Assembly (NCBI GenBank): GCA_963768305.1
Contig: CAVYHE010000003.1
Location: 1 to 64,000 of the forward strand
Direction: 5' to 3'
DNA: 64,000 nucleotides
From: an uncultured bacterium
GTDB lineage: Bacteria; Margulisbacteria; WOR-1; CAVSGV01
The translations under genes and the position numbers were made by a program. The notes below the pieces were generated by a model. The model saw nothing but the letters and a program-made list of their open reading frames with translations. It did no database searches and was not told the DNA's origin. Below, piece after piece: positions 14,540 to 24,188 of this stretch; the first letter of the stretch is position 1; each line of letters opens with the position of its first letter.

Positions 14540-15796
14540 TCATAATCTTTTATACAATCCCGATGCCACCATCCCCGTTTTTCTTTGCAGTACGGTATTG
14601 ATTATCGAAGCGCGCTCGACCGTGAATTCCCCGAACCTGTCGTTTATCTCATCCACAGCCTTAAGCGCTTTCTTTTTGTTCTCGACGGTCTCAAATATGC
14701 TTATCTGGTCCAGGTTGCGGCGCAACCCTGATATTGAAACGCCGACAAATCGCGCGCCTTGAACAGAAGAGTGCGGAAGCAGTGCGTATTTCATTTCTTG
14801 ATTGCTTTGAAGCTCTTTATCGAATATCGCTTCCGCGGCTTTGAATATATCATAGCCGTCGTCGATGTAGTCGGCCAGTTTTTTCTGTTTACTCCAATAT
14901 TGATGATCCCCGCAGCTAATAATAAAATACACGATGTTCCCCTGATAATTTTCCCGCCGCAGCCTTCTGCCTACCTGTTCGCTTAATCTTAAAAGGTAGC
15001 CTTTTATCTCGTCCATGTTTTTTGTAAAATGCGGCATGTGATATGAATGGCCCATTGACTTTGCGTCCGTCTCGTACCAGTAGGGCATTACGGGCGAATG
15101 ATCAATTCCCTGTCCCATATGCCAGAGGTGTTCCCCGCATGCCGGTCCGAACCGCTTGACCAGCTTTTCCCTCGGATAAGCGTTCAGCTCCCCGAAGGTC
15201 CTGACGCTTAGTTCCGCCAGATATTCCTCCAGCTTCATTCCTATGCCGCATAACTCTTTTACCGGAACGTCTTTTACTTTGCCAGGGATATCTTCCGGCC
15301 GCAGTATTATCATCGCATCCGGCTTCTTGAGCTCGCCCGCGAATTTTGCCATCAGCTTGTTATACGATATGCCGATGTTGCAGGTGAGGCGGAAATTCTC
15401 TCGGATCCATTTCTTGATGTTCTGCGCTATCGCTATTTCTCCGCCGAAATAATGCTTTGTCTCCGTCACGTCCATCCACGCTTCATCTATAGAAAAAACT
15501 TCAACGAGATCGGTGTAACTTGTGAGGTGTTTCATTATCGCTCTCGAAGTGGATGTGTATTTGTTCATGTCGCCTTCGATAACGACGAGGTCGGGGCATA
15601 TCTTTTTCGCGTCCCACGTGGACATGCCGTTCTTCACGCCGCGGGCTTTTGCCTCGTAGCTGGCCGCCGCCACGACGGATGTTTTCTTTATCCCGCCGCC
15701 GACCACCACCGGCTTGCCTTTCAAGAAAGGGTTCGCGGCCTGCTCGACGGAAGCGAAATAAGCGTTCATGTCGAGGTGTAATATATTTCGCAGCAT
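14540..15796 (-). CDS. dinB: Y-family DNA polymerase IV
   Basis: ILHLDMNAYFASVEQ, AASYEAKARG, SIDEAWMD, GISYNKLMAKFA. Confidence 0.93.
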   Translation of the reverse strand: MLRNILHLDMNAYFASVEQAANPFLKGKPVVVGGGIKKTSVVAAASYEAKARGVKNGMSTWDAKKICPDLVVIEGDMNKYTSTSRAIMKHLTSYTDLVEVFSIDEAWMDVTETKHYFGGEIAIAQNIKKWIRENFRLTCNIGISYNKLMAKFAGELKKPDAMIILRPEDIPGKVKDVPVKELCGIGMKLEEYLAELSVRTFGELNAYPREKLVKRFGPACGEHLWHMGQGIDHSPVMPYWYETDAKSMGHSYHMPHFTKNMDEIKGYLLRLSEQVGRRLRRENYQGNIVYFIISCGDHQYWSKQKKLADYIDDGYDIFKAAEAIFDKELQSNQEMKYALLPHSSVQGARFVGVSISGLRRNLDQISIFETVENKKKALKAVDEINDRFGEFTVERASIINTVLQRKTGMVASGLYKRL

Positions 15797-15806
15797 GATC
15801 AGGCGC

Positions 15807-16058
15807 CTATAGATTCATGCATATTTTGTTCAACATCCATATCATTCGTTTGGTATTGAACGAGATCTCGTAGCTGTTGATGCCGTCGGTCACGGAGAAA
15901 AAAAGCAATTTTTCTATGCCGTCATGGTCGTTCCACTGGTAATTGATCTCCTTGATCTCGTATTTCTTGTTGTCATAAAGGAACCATTTCGGGAGTATAT
16001 TTCCCGAAACAAAGACAGCGCCGACCTTTATAATTTTGTTAATATTGGTGGAGTCCAT
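15807..16058 (-). CDS. Small conserved protein of the lexA-dinB cassette
   Basis: 83 aa, beta-rich (PKWF..YEIKEI..W..FFSVTD..YEISF..W), between lexA and dinB. Confidence 0.7.
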   Translation of the reverse strand: MDSTNINKIIKVGAVFVSGNILPKWFLYDNKKYEIKEINYQWNDHDGIEKLLFFSVTDGINSYEISFNTKRMIWMLNKICMNL

Positions 16059-16179
16059 TGATTAAATTTTTGCAATTCGTAGTTAGGCCCCGCAGCCCGT
16101 TTCGTAGTTGGGGATCGTAATTCGTGACGAAATTCGAATTACGGAACGGGTATCGGGTCCGGGACCGAATCTACAATGG

Positions 16180-16767
16180 TCAAAATTTCCTAAATAATCC
16201 TTTTACTCTTCCCTGTATCGCAATATCTTTAACATATATTGGCTTCATGGCGGAGTTTGCAGGCTCCAGCCGGACCCTGTTCTTCTCGCGGTACATTCTT
16301 TTCAGCGTCGCCGAAGTCCCGTTAACAAGCGCCACCACCACTTCGCCGTCGTCCGCGGTATCGGCTTTTTCCACCACGATAAAGTCGCCGTTGACTATGT
16401 GGTCGTCTATCATGCTGTTGCCTTTTACCTGAAGGACATAGCAGGGCCTTTTTGAAACGAGCGCGCGCGGGACCTCGATCTCTTCTTTTTGTTCCATTAC
16501 CTCTATGGGCATGCCGGCGGCGATGTAACCCAGGAAGGGCAGGGTGAAAGTTTGAGTATGGAGATCGGATAATATTTTGATGCCCCTTGAAACGCCTGCG
16601 CGTTTGATAAGTCCTTGTTCTTCAAGGGATTCCAGGTATTTCTGGCCGGAGCGGGGGGAGGAGAACCCGAATTTTCTGCATATCTCCCGTATGGACGGAG
16701 CAAAACCTTTTTCGATTATGTGGGATTTTACGTAAGCTAAAACCTCAGATTCCCTAGGGTTTACCAT
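16180..16767 (-). CDS. lexA: SOS repressor LexA
   Basis: APSIREIC HTH, IAAGMP cleavage site, VKGNSM, ATLKR; ATG at 16767 after SD GAGGTG. Confidence 0.95.
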   Translation of the reverse strand: MVNPRESEVLAYVKSHIIEKGFAPSIREICRKFGFSSPRSGQKYLESLEEQGLIKRAGVSRGIKILSDLHTQTFTLPFLGYIAAGMPIEVMEQKEEIEVPRALVSKRPCYVLQVKGNSMIDDHIVNGDFIVVEKADTADDGEVVVALVNGTSATLKRMYREKNRVRLEPANSAMKPIYVKDIAIQGRVKGLFRKF

Positions 16768-16779
16768 CTTGACCACCTC

Positions 16780-16797
16780 GGTATACAAGTGTATACC
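16780..16797. promoter_or_regulatory. Candidate LexA operator overlapping the lexA -10
   Basis: Perfect palindrome GGTATACA-AG-TGTATACC; TTGACA on the minus strand at 16810-16815. Confidence 0.75.
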
Positions 16798-16846
16798 AAT
16801 GCGGGGATCTGTCAAGGGGAATATATTAAGAAAGTATTTTGAGGGT

Positions 16847-17593
16847 TTATTTTGCCATATTATTATATTTTTCTATAAATAAACGGGTGAACCAAATTGT
16901 GAGAAGGACTTTTTGTTTGGCCAATAATTCTTCCGCGACTCCGAAATGCGATCCTGCATGAGAAAAAAAACCTAATAGTTTGTCAATAAAAGCACAAGCT
17001 TCTTTTGAGAATATATTATTAGATTTAATTATATCTATTGCTTGGCTATAAGTATTAATTTTAGTAGAGCCCGATCCCGCTTTGGTCGCAATTTTAATTA
17101 AAATTCCCTCTAAAGTGGCTCTGCACATTGCTCCGGAGGATTCGAGTTTCCCATCTGATAAGTTATCAATTGCTTGATCAAGGACATTTTGTATATCTTT
17201 CATCTTTAATGAATATAATTGTTGCGATAGTATACTTTGTTCTTTTGCCGGACTTTCATAAAATCCTTTATAAGAGCTAGCTTTTTTATCTAACCCCAAT
17301 TTATCAAGCTGAATTTTATCTCTTTTTAATAATTGGATTATTTCGGGGGTTGTTCCAAAAGAGATAAATACTTTTAAAATATCATATAAATAACCAATAT
17401 TTTTATTGCCTGAGTTAACACTTAATTCAGCGTTATCTAATATTTGGAAAAATAAATCTGTTTTGTTTGAAACTTCAAATTCGAAATCTCCGGGCAAGCT
17501 ATTGGCGATTAATTCTTGACGAACTTCTGGCGCTGTAGCTTTTCGTGACAAATGTTGCGCAATTTTCATTTTCGTCTTATCAGATATAATCAT
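16847..17593 (-). CDS. AT-rich hypothetical protein, possibly Abi_C/HEPN-like
   Basis: 248 aa; helical C-terminal domain CRATLEGILIKI...SHAGSH; markedly AT-rich. Confidence 0.5.
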   Translation of the reverse strand: MIISDKTKMKIAQHLSRKATAPEVRQELIANSLPGDFEFEVSNKTDLFFQILDNAELSVNSGNKNIGYLYDILKVFISFGTTPEIIQLLKRDKIQLDKLGLDKKASSYKGFYESPAKEQSILSQQLYSLKMKDIQNVLDQAIDNLSDGKLESSGAMCRATLEGILIKIATKAGSGSTKINTYSQAIDIIKSNNIFSKEACAFIDKLLGFFSHAGSHFGVAEELLAKQKVLLTIWFTRLFIEKYNNMAK

Positions 17594-17768
17594 GTTTTTT
17601 CTATAAATTATTATACTCTAAAATATTTGTAGTTAATATTAGTCTTTAATGTTAATAGCAAATAATAACCAGCCTCTAATTTAATCTTGGCTTCTCTCTA
17701 GGGATTTAAAGTAGACAAACATCTAGAATTCAAATGAAGAGGGGACAGATCAAGTGATAGGCGAACTC

Positions 17769-18485
17769 TTACTTCTTCGCTATCTTCTCAAGGAGCGAAA
17801 TGATCTTGTCCATTTTCCTGTTCATTGACCACACCCTGAACGGCGTAGTAATGTTCATGACGATGAAAACGACAAGGACGATCAGGATAGCCAGGAGAGT
17901 GTTCTTGCTGAAGAAAAGGATATTCTCAAACATCCCTCTTTTTGCCGGCATCCCGTACTGGCCCGTCAGAGTATCCATGAATACCGGATAATGAGGCGGA
18001 AAGTATGTCGCGTACACAATAACGCATATAATAATGTAAAGCGCGGATAGCGCGATATTATCATAGAATTCATCCAGCTCATTCGCGGTCAAAAGCTTAT
18101 AACTGACATATTGCCCGATGATCACGGCCAGAATGAACGTCAAAATATCCAGCGGCAACAGATTATGTCCAAGGACATAAGTATACGCATAAAAGATGAT
18201 GAGCGTGGCGATGGCTGTCGTATAAGCCTGGGCGACCTTGGCTTCCAGGAAGTTCCTGACGCTTGATCTGACGAACGGATATTCGATGACGGCGAAGAAG
18301 AACACCGGCCATATGCCTATCTTTAAATGTTCCCACACGCTCTCATTGACGGGGCTTATCAGGGCAAGAAGCCAGTAATTCGTATTATGATATGCGGAAT
18401 GAAGGAGCGTCCCCGCGATAATTATTATGAAAGCTCCCGCGATCTCCCATAAAAGCAATTTCCTCATAGCGGTACGATTATACAT
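17769..18485 (-). CDS. Membrane protein, DUF6512-like
   Basis: GTLLHSAY...PVNESVWEHLKI motif and multiple TM helices. Confidence 0.7.
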   Translation of the reverse strand: MYNRTAMRKLLLWEIAGAFIIIIAGTLLHSAYHNTNYWLLALISPVNESVWEHLKIGIWPVFFFAVIEYPFVRSSVRNFLEAKVAQAYTTAIATLIIFYAYTYVLGHNLLPLDILTFILAVIIGQYVSYKLLTANELDEFYDNIALSALYIIICVIVYATYFPPHYPVFMDTLTGQYGMPAKRGMFENILFFSKNTLLAILIVLVVFIVMNITTPFRVWSMNRKMDKIISLLEKIAKK

Positions 18486-18650
18486 AAAATAAGAGTAAAC
18501 ATAAAGAAGGTGGTCGTAATTTGTGACCTCCTGTCGAAAAGAGCTATAGATGTCAAGAAATACTACAATAATTCATCGCATTTATATCTGTGGGTATGGT
18601 CAAAATCCCTGGCGAGAAAATTGCTATTACTCTTTGTAAAAGGAGGATAT

Positions 18651-19277
18651 ATGAACAAATTAGCTAAAATGAGCAGTATAAAGCCGTTAATATATGTAAT
18701 ACGAGGACAAAAGGTCATGCTGGATTTTGATCTTGGACAAATTTATCGGGTCCCGGTAAAAAGATTAAATGAACAGGTAAAACGGAATATATCCCGGTTC
18801 CCAGTAGACTTTATGTTCCAACTTACTCAAGAAGAAGCGGAAAATTTGCGGGGCCAATGGGGCACCACAATTACATTAAAGGGCAGGGGGAAATTGCAAT
18901 CGCATTTTGCGACCGCAAACTTGAAGTCGCAATTTGCGACTTCAAGATGGGGCGGTGCAAGAAAACTTCCTTACGCATTCACCAGGAACGGCGTGAATAT
19001 GCTGGCGGCTGTCTTGAGGACCGAAATAGCTATTCAGCGGTCAATATTCATAATGAGGGCTTTTTCTGTCCTTGAAGAAGCTATCGGCAGGCGGAAAAAT
19101 AAGTACCTTTCCAGCCCGGAGGTCATTAAGGAGCTGTCTGTTCATTCAAAAGCGATAATGCGTCTATTTCAGGAGGGTAAAGTAAAAGATGCTCAAATTG
19201 GAAGGATCGAGCAACTGCAAAAAGAAATGACAAAACTCATCCAGAAAATAATTATAACTTCAATAGAAAATGATTGA
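18651..19277 (+). CDS. ORF6N (KilA-N-like) DNA-binding domain protein
   Basis: IRGQKVMLDFDL..Y....KRLNEQVKRNISRFPVDFMFQLT, GGARKLPYAFT; SD AGGAGG. Confidence 0.88.
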   Translation: MNKLAKMSSIKPLIYVIRGQKVMLDFDLGQIYRVPVKRLNEQVKRNISRFPVDFMFQLTQEEAENLRGQWGTTITLKGRGKLQSHFATANLKSQFATSRWGGARKLPYAFTRNGVNMLAAVLRTEIAIQRSIFIMRAFSVLEEAIGRRKNKYLSSPEVIKELSVHSKAIMRLFQEGKVKDAQIGRIEQLQKEMTKLIQKIIITSIEND

Positions 19278-19349
19278 TCGCGCTTATTTCTTAACGTTCC
19301 ATCTGCGTTTTACATAATTGCTGCTTTATAATACAATGTCTTTTGTAAA

Positions 19350-20177
19350 TTGTTCAAGATCTTAAACAAAAACCGGCTGTATGAAAATATCGTAAGGATC
19401 GACGTGGAAGCGCCGCTCATCGCGCGCGCCGTGAAGCCCGGCCAGTTCGTCGTTATCCGCATCGATGAAAACGGCGAAAGGATTCCCCTTACTATCGCCG
19501 ATTCCAATTCAGATAATATGATTTCCCTTGTCTTTCAGGAAGTAGGAGCGAGCACGAAAATGCTTGGGAGATCGGAGACCGGAGATCAGATATTAGATGT
19601 TCTGGGGCCGCTCGGTCATCCGACAGAGATCGAGGATTTCGGGACAGTTGCTTGTGTCGGCGGGGGAGTGGGGATAGCGGTGATCCATCCGATAATAAAG
19701 GCGATGAAAGAAAAAGGAAATAAAATCATCGCTATCATCGGCTCCCGTTGCGAGGACGCGCTCATATTCAGAAATGAGAACGAAGCTCACAGCGACCAAT
19801 TTTTCACGACCACCGATGACGGAAGCTGCGGAAGAAAAGGCTTTGTGTCCGACGAATTGAAGCGCTTGATCGAAAGCGGCACGAAAATAGACAGAGTGAT
19901 AGCGGTCGGGCCCGTACCGATGATGAAAGCGGTTTCAAATATCACGAAACCATATAATATCAAGACTATCGTCAGTTTGAACCCCCTTATGCTGGACGCG
20001 ACGGGAATGTGCGGTGTCTGCCGTGTTACTGTAGGAGGTTCCGTAAAATTCGCCTGTGTTGACGGGCCGGAATTCGACGGGCATCAGGTAGATTTTGATG
20101 AACTTTCGGCCAGACTGGGCCTGTATACAGATAAGGAAAAGATCGCAATGGAAAAGTGCGAGAGGTGCAAGCCATGA
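19350..20177 (+). CDS. nfnA: NfnA/SudB-type FAD/NAD-binding 2Fe-2S subunit
   Basis: PGQFV..R..ENGERIPLTIAD, GGGVG, GPVPMMK, DATGMCGVCRV, CVDGPEFD. Confidence 0.88.
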   Translation: MFKILNKNRLYENIVRIDVEAPLIARAVKPGQFVVIRIDENGERIPLTIADSNSDNMISLVFQEVGASTKMLGRSETGDQILDVLGPLGHPTEIEDFGTVACVGGGVGIAVIHPIIKAMKEKGNKIIAIIGSRCEDALIFRNENEAHSDQFFTTTDDGSCGRKGFVSDELKRLIESGTKIDRVIAVGPVPMMKAVSNITKPYNIKTIVSLNPLMLDATGMCGVCRVTVGGSVKFACVDGPEFDGHQVDFDELSARLGLYTDKEKIAMEKCERCKP

Positions 20178-21553
20178 AACAGCCGATGCCCGAACAGGAC
20201 CCGAAGGACCGGATAAAAAATTTCAACGAAGTTGCTCTCGGCTACACGGAAAAGCAGGCTGTCGCCGAAGCAAAGCGCTGCATCCAGTGCAAAAAACCTT
20301 CGTGCATAGCCGGATGCCCCGTTGAAATAGACATCCCCGCTTTCATAGCCCTGATAGCTGACGGAAAATTCGATGAAGCCGCAAAGAAGTTGAAAGAAAA
20401 AAATAATCTTCCCGCCATTTGCGGAAGAGTTTGCCCGCAGGAGGACCAGTGCGAAAAAGTTTGCGTTCTTGCAAAGAAAAAAGATCAGGTCGCTATCGGA
20501 AGGCTGGAGAGGTTCGCGGCGGATTGGGAGATAAAAAAGCAGGAGTTAAGAGTTAAGAGTGATGAGTTAAAAAAAACAAATACGAAAGCGAAGGTTGCTG
20601 TGGTCGGCTCAGGGCCGGCGGGGCTGACGTGCGCGGGAGACCTGGCGAAAATGGGATATCAGGTTTCCTTATTTGAATCCCTCCACAAAACAGGTGGGGT
20701 ACTTTCTTACGGCATTCCTGAGTTTCGTCTTCCGAAAGAGATAGTAGGCTTCGAGGTTGACGGCATCAGAAAACTTGGCGTTGATATTAATGTAGACGTT
20801 CTTGTAGGCAGGACGCTGACAATCGATGATCTTCTGGCTCAAGGTTTCAAGGCGATATTTATCGGTGCCGGCGCGGGATTGCCGCAATTCCTGAAGATAC
20901 CGGGCGAAAACCTGGGAGGAGTTTATTCGGCTAACGAATATCTGACAAGAGTTAATCTTATGAAAGCATATTTATTCCCTGAATATCTGACACCCGTGAA
21001 GATCGGGAAAAAAGTCGCGGTGGTCGGCGCTGGGAATGTTGCGATGGACGCCGCAAGGGTTTCGCTGCGGCTAGGCGCGGAGGAAGTGACCATCATTTAC
21101 AGGAGAAGCGAGGAGGAAATGCCGGCAAGGGAAGAAGAAATTGAAAGAGCGAAAGAAGAGGGCGTTAAATTTAAATTATTGACTGCTCCGACAAGACTGA
21201 TCGGTAGCGGATGGGTTTCTCAAATGGAATTGCTTAAAATGGAATTAGGCGCGCCGGACGAATCCGGAAGAAGGCGGCCGGTTCCGGTCAAGGGCTCGGA
21301 ATTCATTATCAATGTCGATACCGTTATCTCGGCTATCGGGAACAGTCCGAACCCGCTTCTGCCGAAAATGATAAAGGATCTGAAAGTGGAAAAATGGGGC
21401 GGGATCATCGTCGATCCCGGGACCGGGCAAACCTCCCTACATTATATATACGCTGGGGGTGATATTGTTTCCGGCGCGGCCACTGTCATCGAAGCGATGG
21501 GGGCGGGGAAAAGGGCGGCGAGAGCGATCGATAAAGCGCTTTCTAAAAATTAA
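20174..21553 (+). CDS. nfnB: NfnB/SudA (homotetrameric GltA-like) NADPH oxidoreductase
   Basis: EAKRCIQC..CIAGCPV, CGRVCPQEDQCE, GSGPAG, YGIPEFRLPK, GAGNVAMD, GAATVIEAMGAG. Confidence 0.88.
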   Translation: MKQPMPEQDPKDRIKNFNEVALGYTEKQAVAEAKRCIQCKKPSCIAGCPVEIDIPAFIALIADGKFDEAAKKLKEKNNLPAICGRVCPQEDQCEKVCVLAKKKDQVAIGRLERFAADWEIKKQELRVKSDELKKTNTKAKVAVVGSGPAGLTCAGDLAKMGYQVSLFESLHKTGGVLSYGIPEFRLPKEIVGFEVDGIRKLGVDINVDVLVGRTLTIDDLLAQGFKAIFIGAGAGLPQFLKIPGENLGGVYSANEYLTRVNLMKAYLFPEYLTPVKIGKKVAVVGAGNVAMDAARVSLRLGAEEVTIIYRRSEEEMPAREEEIERAKEEGVKFKLLTAPTRLIGSGWVSQMELLKMELGAPDESGRRRPVPVKGSEFIINVDTVISAIGNSPNPLLPKMIKDLKVEKWGGIIVDPGTGQTSLHYIYAGGDIVSGAATVIEAMGAGKRAARAIDKALSKN

Positions 21554-21671
21554 ATATCGCTTGCATTTTCAGTCGGATTGTATTTAAATATCGCTTGCAT
21601 TTTAAGCCGGGTTGTATTTAAATAGCGTATATTTAAATTTTGCTTGTATTTTCAGCTGAAAATTGTAGAAT
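21551..21671 (+). repeat. Tandem 34-bp repeats carrying promoter-like elements
   Basis: 21551-21584 and 21585-21618 nearly identical; third diverged copy 21634-21671 contains TTGTAT-16-TAGAAT. Confidence 0.75.
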
Positions 21672-21786
21672 ATTATTGTAAAGGGGAAGAACGCAGATAT
21701 TAGAACTTGGAGCATAGAAAAGAAAGGATTTTTCCTTTGCGCTCAATATTCTGTTTTCTGAGTTTAAAAACGGGGTGCCTTTCGTA

Positions 21787-22857
21787 ATGGTAAAGAAAAT
21801 TATCTTTCCGTTCTTCATTTTATTCATGTTCGCGTCCGTAATTTACGCGGCAATACCCCAAATGATAGGATACGAGGGACGGCTCACGCATACTGACGGG
21901 TCTGCGGTCATAGATACGACAACGTTCACTTTTCAGATGTTCAGCACCGCCGATGTTAGTGAATCAACCATTGTAACCCAAACGCTCACTCCCGATGCCA
22001 ACGGCGTGTTCAGCACGGTCATTCCATTTTTGCCAGGTGTTTTTGACGGAACAGCCAGATCGATGGAAGTGACAGTTAACGGGGAGACAATGGCGCCGAG
22101 GATCCCGGTCGCGAGCGCGGCGCACGCGTACAGGGCGCTTGAAGCGGACACCGTGGCCGACGCTACGGGAGTAGGATACAGCGGCAACCAGAGCGGCAGC
22201 TATCCGACGGTTGGAGCCGCGCTGAACTATTTACTGCAAGGCGCGCCCCCCCCGCCCCCCACGACATCGATCACTCTTAATATTTCACCGAGCACTGTCG
22301 AGGAGGTCGGAACTACTGTAATACCGCACTTGTCATGGAGCACAAGTGGTACAGGATCCATAACAAGCCTGACTGTGAACAGCTCTCCCATATCAACATC
22401 ACTGACATCTATCGATGAACCATCGATCCAACCGGTCGACTATACCACCGCCTCATACACGGTTGCAGTGACCTATAGTGGGAGCCCCTCCAATTCAGCG
22501 ACCAAGACGATCACTTTTGAATGGAGGGCATACTGGGGCGACAGCGCGACAACGCCTCCGATTGCTGCGACGGTGTTAGGACTTTCCAACAACCCATTGA
22601 CTAACACGAGAGCCAGATCAGTTACTTTTTCGACAGTTGGCTCGACGCCGCACCAATACGCTTATTATGCAATCCCTACGGCTTGGGATTCCGGTGGTGA
22701 CCCAACGTTCACAACGGCTTTCGGCGTCCTGCCCGGCTGGACCAAAACGGTGCTTTCGTCCTTTACAAATGGGTCAGGGGGAAGCACGAGCTACGATGTG
22801 TGGCAGTCGCCGATAGTTTACGAACCGACTACTTCTGTTCCAATGACCATAGATTGA
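21787..22857 (+). CDS. Secreted Thr-rich fibre/surface protein 1
   Basis: Signal peptide; PQMIGYEGRLT...NGVFS...VNGETMAPR..ASAAHAYRA N-domain typical of tail-fibre-like proteins. Confidence 0.75.
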   Translation: MVKKIIFPFFILFMFASVIYAAIPQMIGYEGRLTHTDGSAVIDTTTFTFQMFSTADVSESTIVTQTLTPDANGVFSTVIPFLPGVFDGTARSMEVTVNGETMAPRIPVASAAHAYRALEADTVADATGVGYSGNQSGSYPTVGAALNYLLQGAPPPPPTTSITLNISPSTVEEVGTTVIPHLSWSTSGTGSITSLTVNSSPISTSLTSIDEPSIQPVDYTTASYTVAVTYSGSPSNSATKTITFEWRAYWGDSATTPPIAATVLGLSNNPLTNTRARSVTFSTVGSTPHQYAYYAIPTAWDSGGDPTFTTAFGVLPGWTKTVLSSFTNGSGGSTSYDVWQSPIVYEPTTSVPMTID

Positions 22858-22868
22858 CGTGAGGTAGA

Positions 22869-24188
22869 ATGAGAAGATCGAAATTTATATTTGCGGGGTT
22901 CATAACAGCCATCATGCTGGGCGCGGTCCTGATGATGACAGTTTCGTCCTCATATGCCAGCCATCCGGGCGCCATACTGATACCCGGGCCGCTGTCCGCC
23001 GGCAACAGTTTGTGGCCCAGTGTTTTTGAGGACGAGATTTGGGGAGCGCCGCAGATAACATCGGATGAATCCACCATGTATTTGATATCTGCTCAGCGAA
23101 GAGCCACCGGAGAAGTGTGTTATGTGACAGGGTCCGGGAACTCGTACAGGCTTGCGAGCGATCTTACGACGTGGGTGACACTGGAATCCGAGGGCGTGGC
23201 TATCTGGCTTTTGAACGGCGCGAACGGCATATACAATTCCGGCATCCCTACCTTTGAAGTAGGGATCGGCACAACGGAACCCACTTCACTTCTTACCGTC
23301 GCAGGGACGGTTGAACTGGTAGATATAGGCAACGGGCTGGGCATAAAATTTCCGACCGGCACGCAGACAGAACCGTATCTCGGCGGCACAGGCAATATAG
23401 GGCCGACCGGACCCGCGGGTCCGCAGGGAGCTACAGGACCGGCCGGCGGGGGATCAACAGGCCCGATCAATGCCACCGGCGTGGATTATACCAACGGTTT
23501 GCCGACTTACCCAAATGTCGGAGTTACATTGGATTATATTATGGGGAGGCTTAATCCTTATGGTGCGCCTTCCATAACAGCATATAATTATACTCAGGTC
23601 ATTCAGGAAACCGGATCCACTCCTCCTGCAAATATGACGTTGAACTGGACAATATCCCTTGGGACCAACCCTACCGATACCATTACAGGCGTGTCGCTGT
23701 CTCCGGGCGGGGCGCAGGGTACTGGAACGTCCGGGTCTTATACTACTGCCACTCCCGGCACGCCGTATACTTTAACGGTGGATTTTACGCACTACACCAC
23801 GCCTGAGGTAGCAGGGCCCATTACTCCGGCAGTAACTTTTTATCTGAAAAAATACTGGGGTTGTACCAGTTTGGAGTCGACCGATCCCGGTTTTGATGCC
23901 GAAGTCAACACCTGGGGGACCACATCCGGCCAGTATGGCTGGGCTTCAAGCGCCTCGCCCTATTTAGTCTATAAGTTTTTACCCCATGGTCAATATATGT
24001 ATTATGTTTATCCGACATCTATGAGCGCAGTGAGCCAAATTTTGAATGGCGCGACCCCTGTTAACGATTGGACAGTGGTAACTGTGACGCATTCTAACTA
24101 TTTCGGCGATCCAGAGCAATATTATGTGTACAAGAATTCTGCTAAATTGGACGGCGGAGTTACCGGATATACTATGACTTTTAATTAA
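22869..24188 (+). CDS. Secreted fibre/surface protein 2 with a short collagen-like segment
   Basis: Signal peptide, VGIGTTEP motif, GPTGPAGPQGATGP, beta-rich C-domain. Confidence 0.75.
   Translation: MRRSKFIFAGFITAIMLGAVLMMTVSSSYASHPGAILIPGPLSAGNSLWPSVFEDEIWGAPQITSDESTMYLISAQRRATGEVCYVTGSGNSYRLASDLTTWVTLESEGVAIWLLNGANGIYNSGIPTFEVGIGTTEPTSLLTVAGTVELVDIGNGLGIKFPTGTQTEPYLGGTGNIGPTGPAGPQGATGPAGGGSTGPINATGVDYTNGLPTYPNVGVTLDYIMGRLNPYGAPSITAYNYTQVIQETGSTPPANMTLNWTISLGTNPTDTITGVSLSPGGAQGTGTSGSYTTATPGTPYTLTVDFTHYTTPEVAGPITPAVTFYLKKYWGCTSLESTDPGFDAEVNTWGTTSGQYGWASSASPYLVYKFLPHGQYMYYVYPTSMSAVSQILNGATPVNDWTVVTVTHSNYFGDPEQYYVYKNSAKLDGGVTGYTMTFN

Noticed and set aside
17769..17930. Novel domain fusion at the C-terminus of the DUF6512-like protein
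   Set aside because: May be a separate small gene (MFENIL...) joined by an indel error; cannot be resolved here
21551..21671. CRISPR array
   Set aside because: Repeats are directly adjacent with no unique spacers, and there are no cas genes in the window
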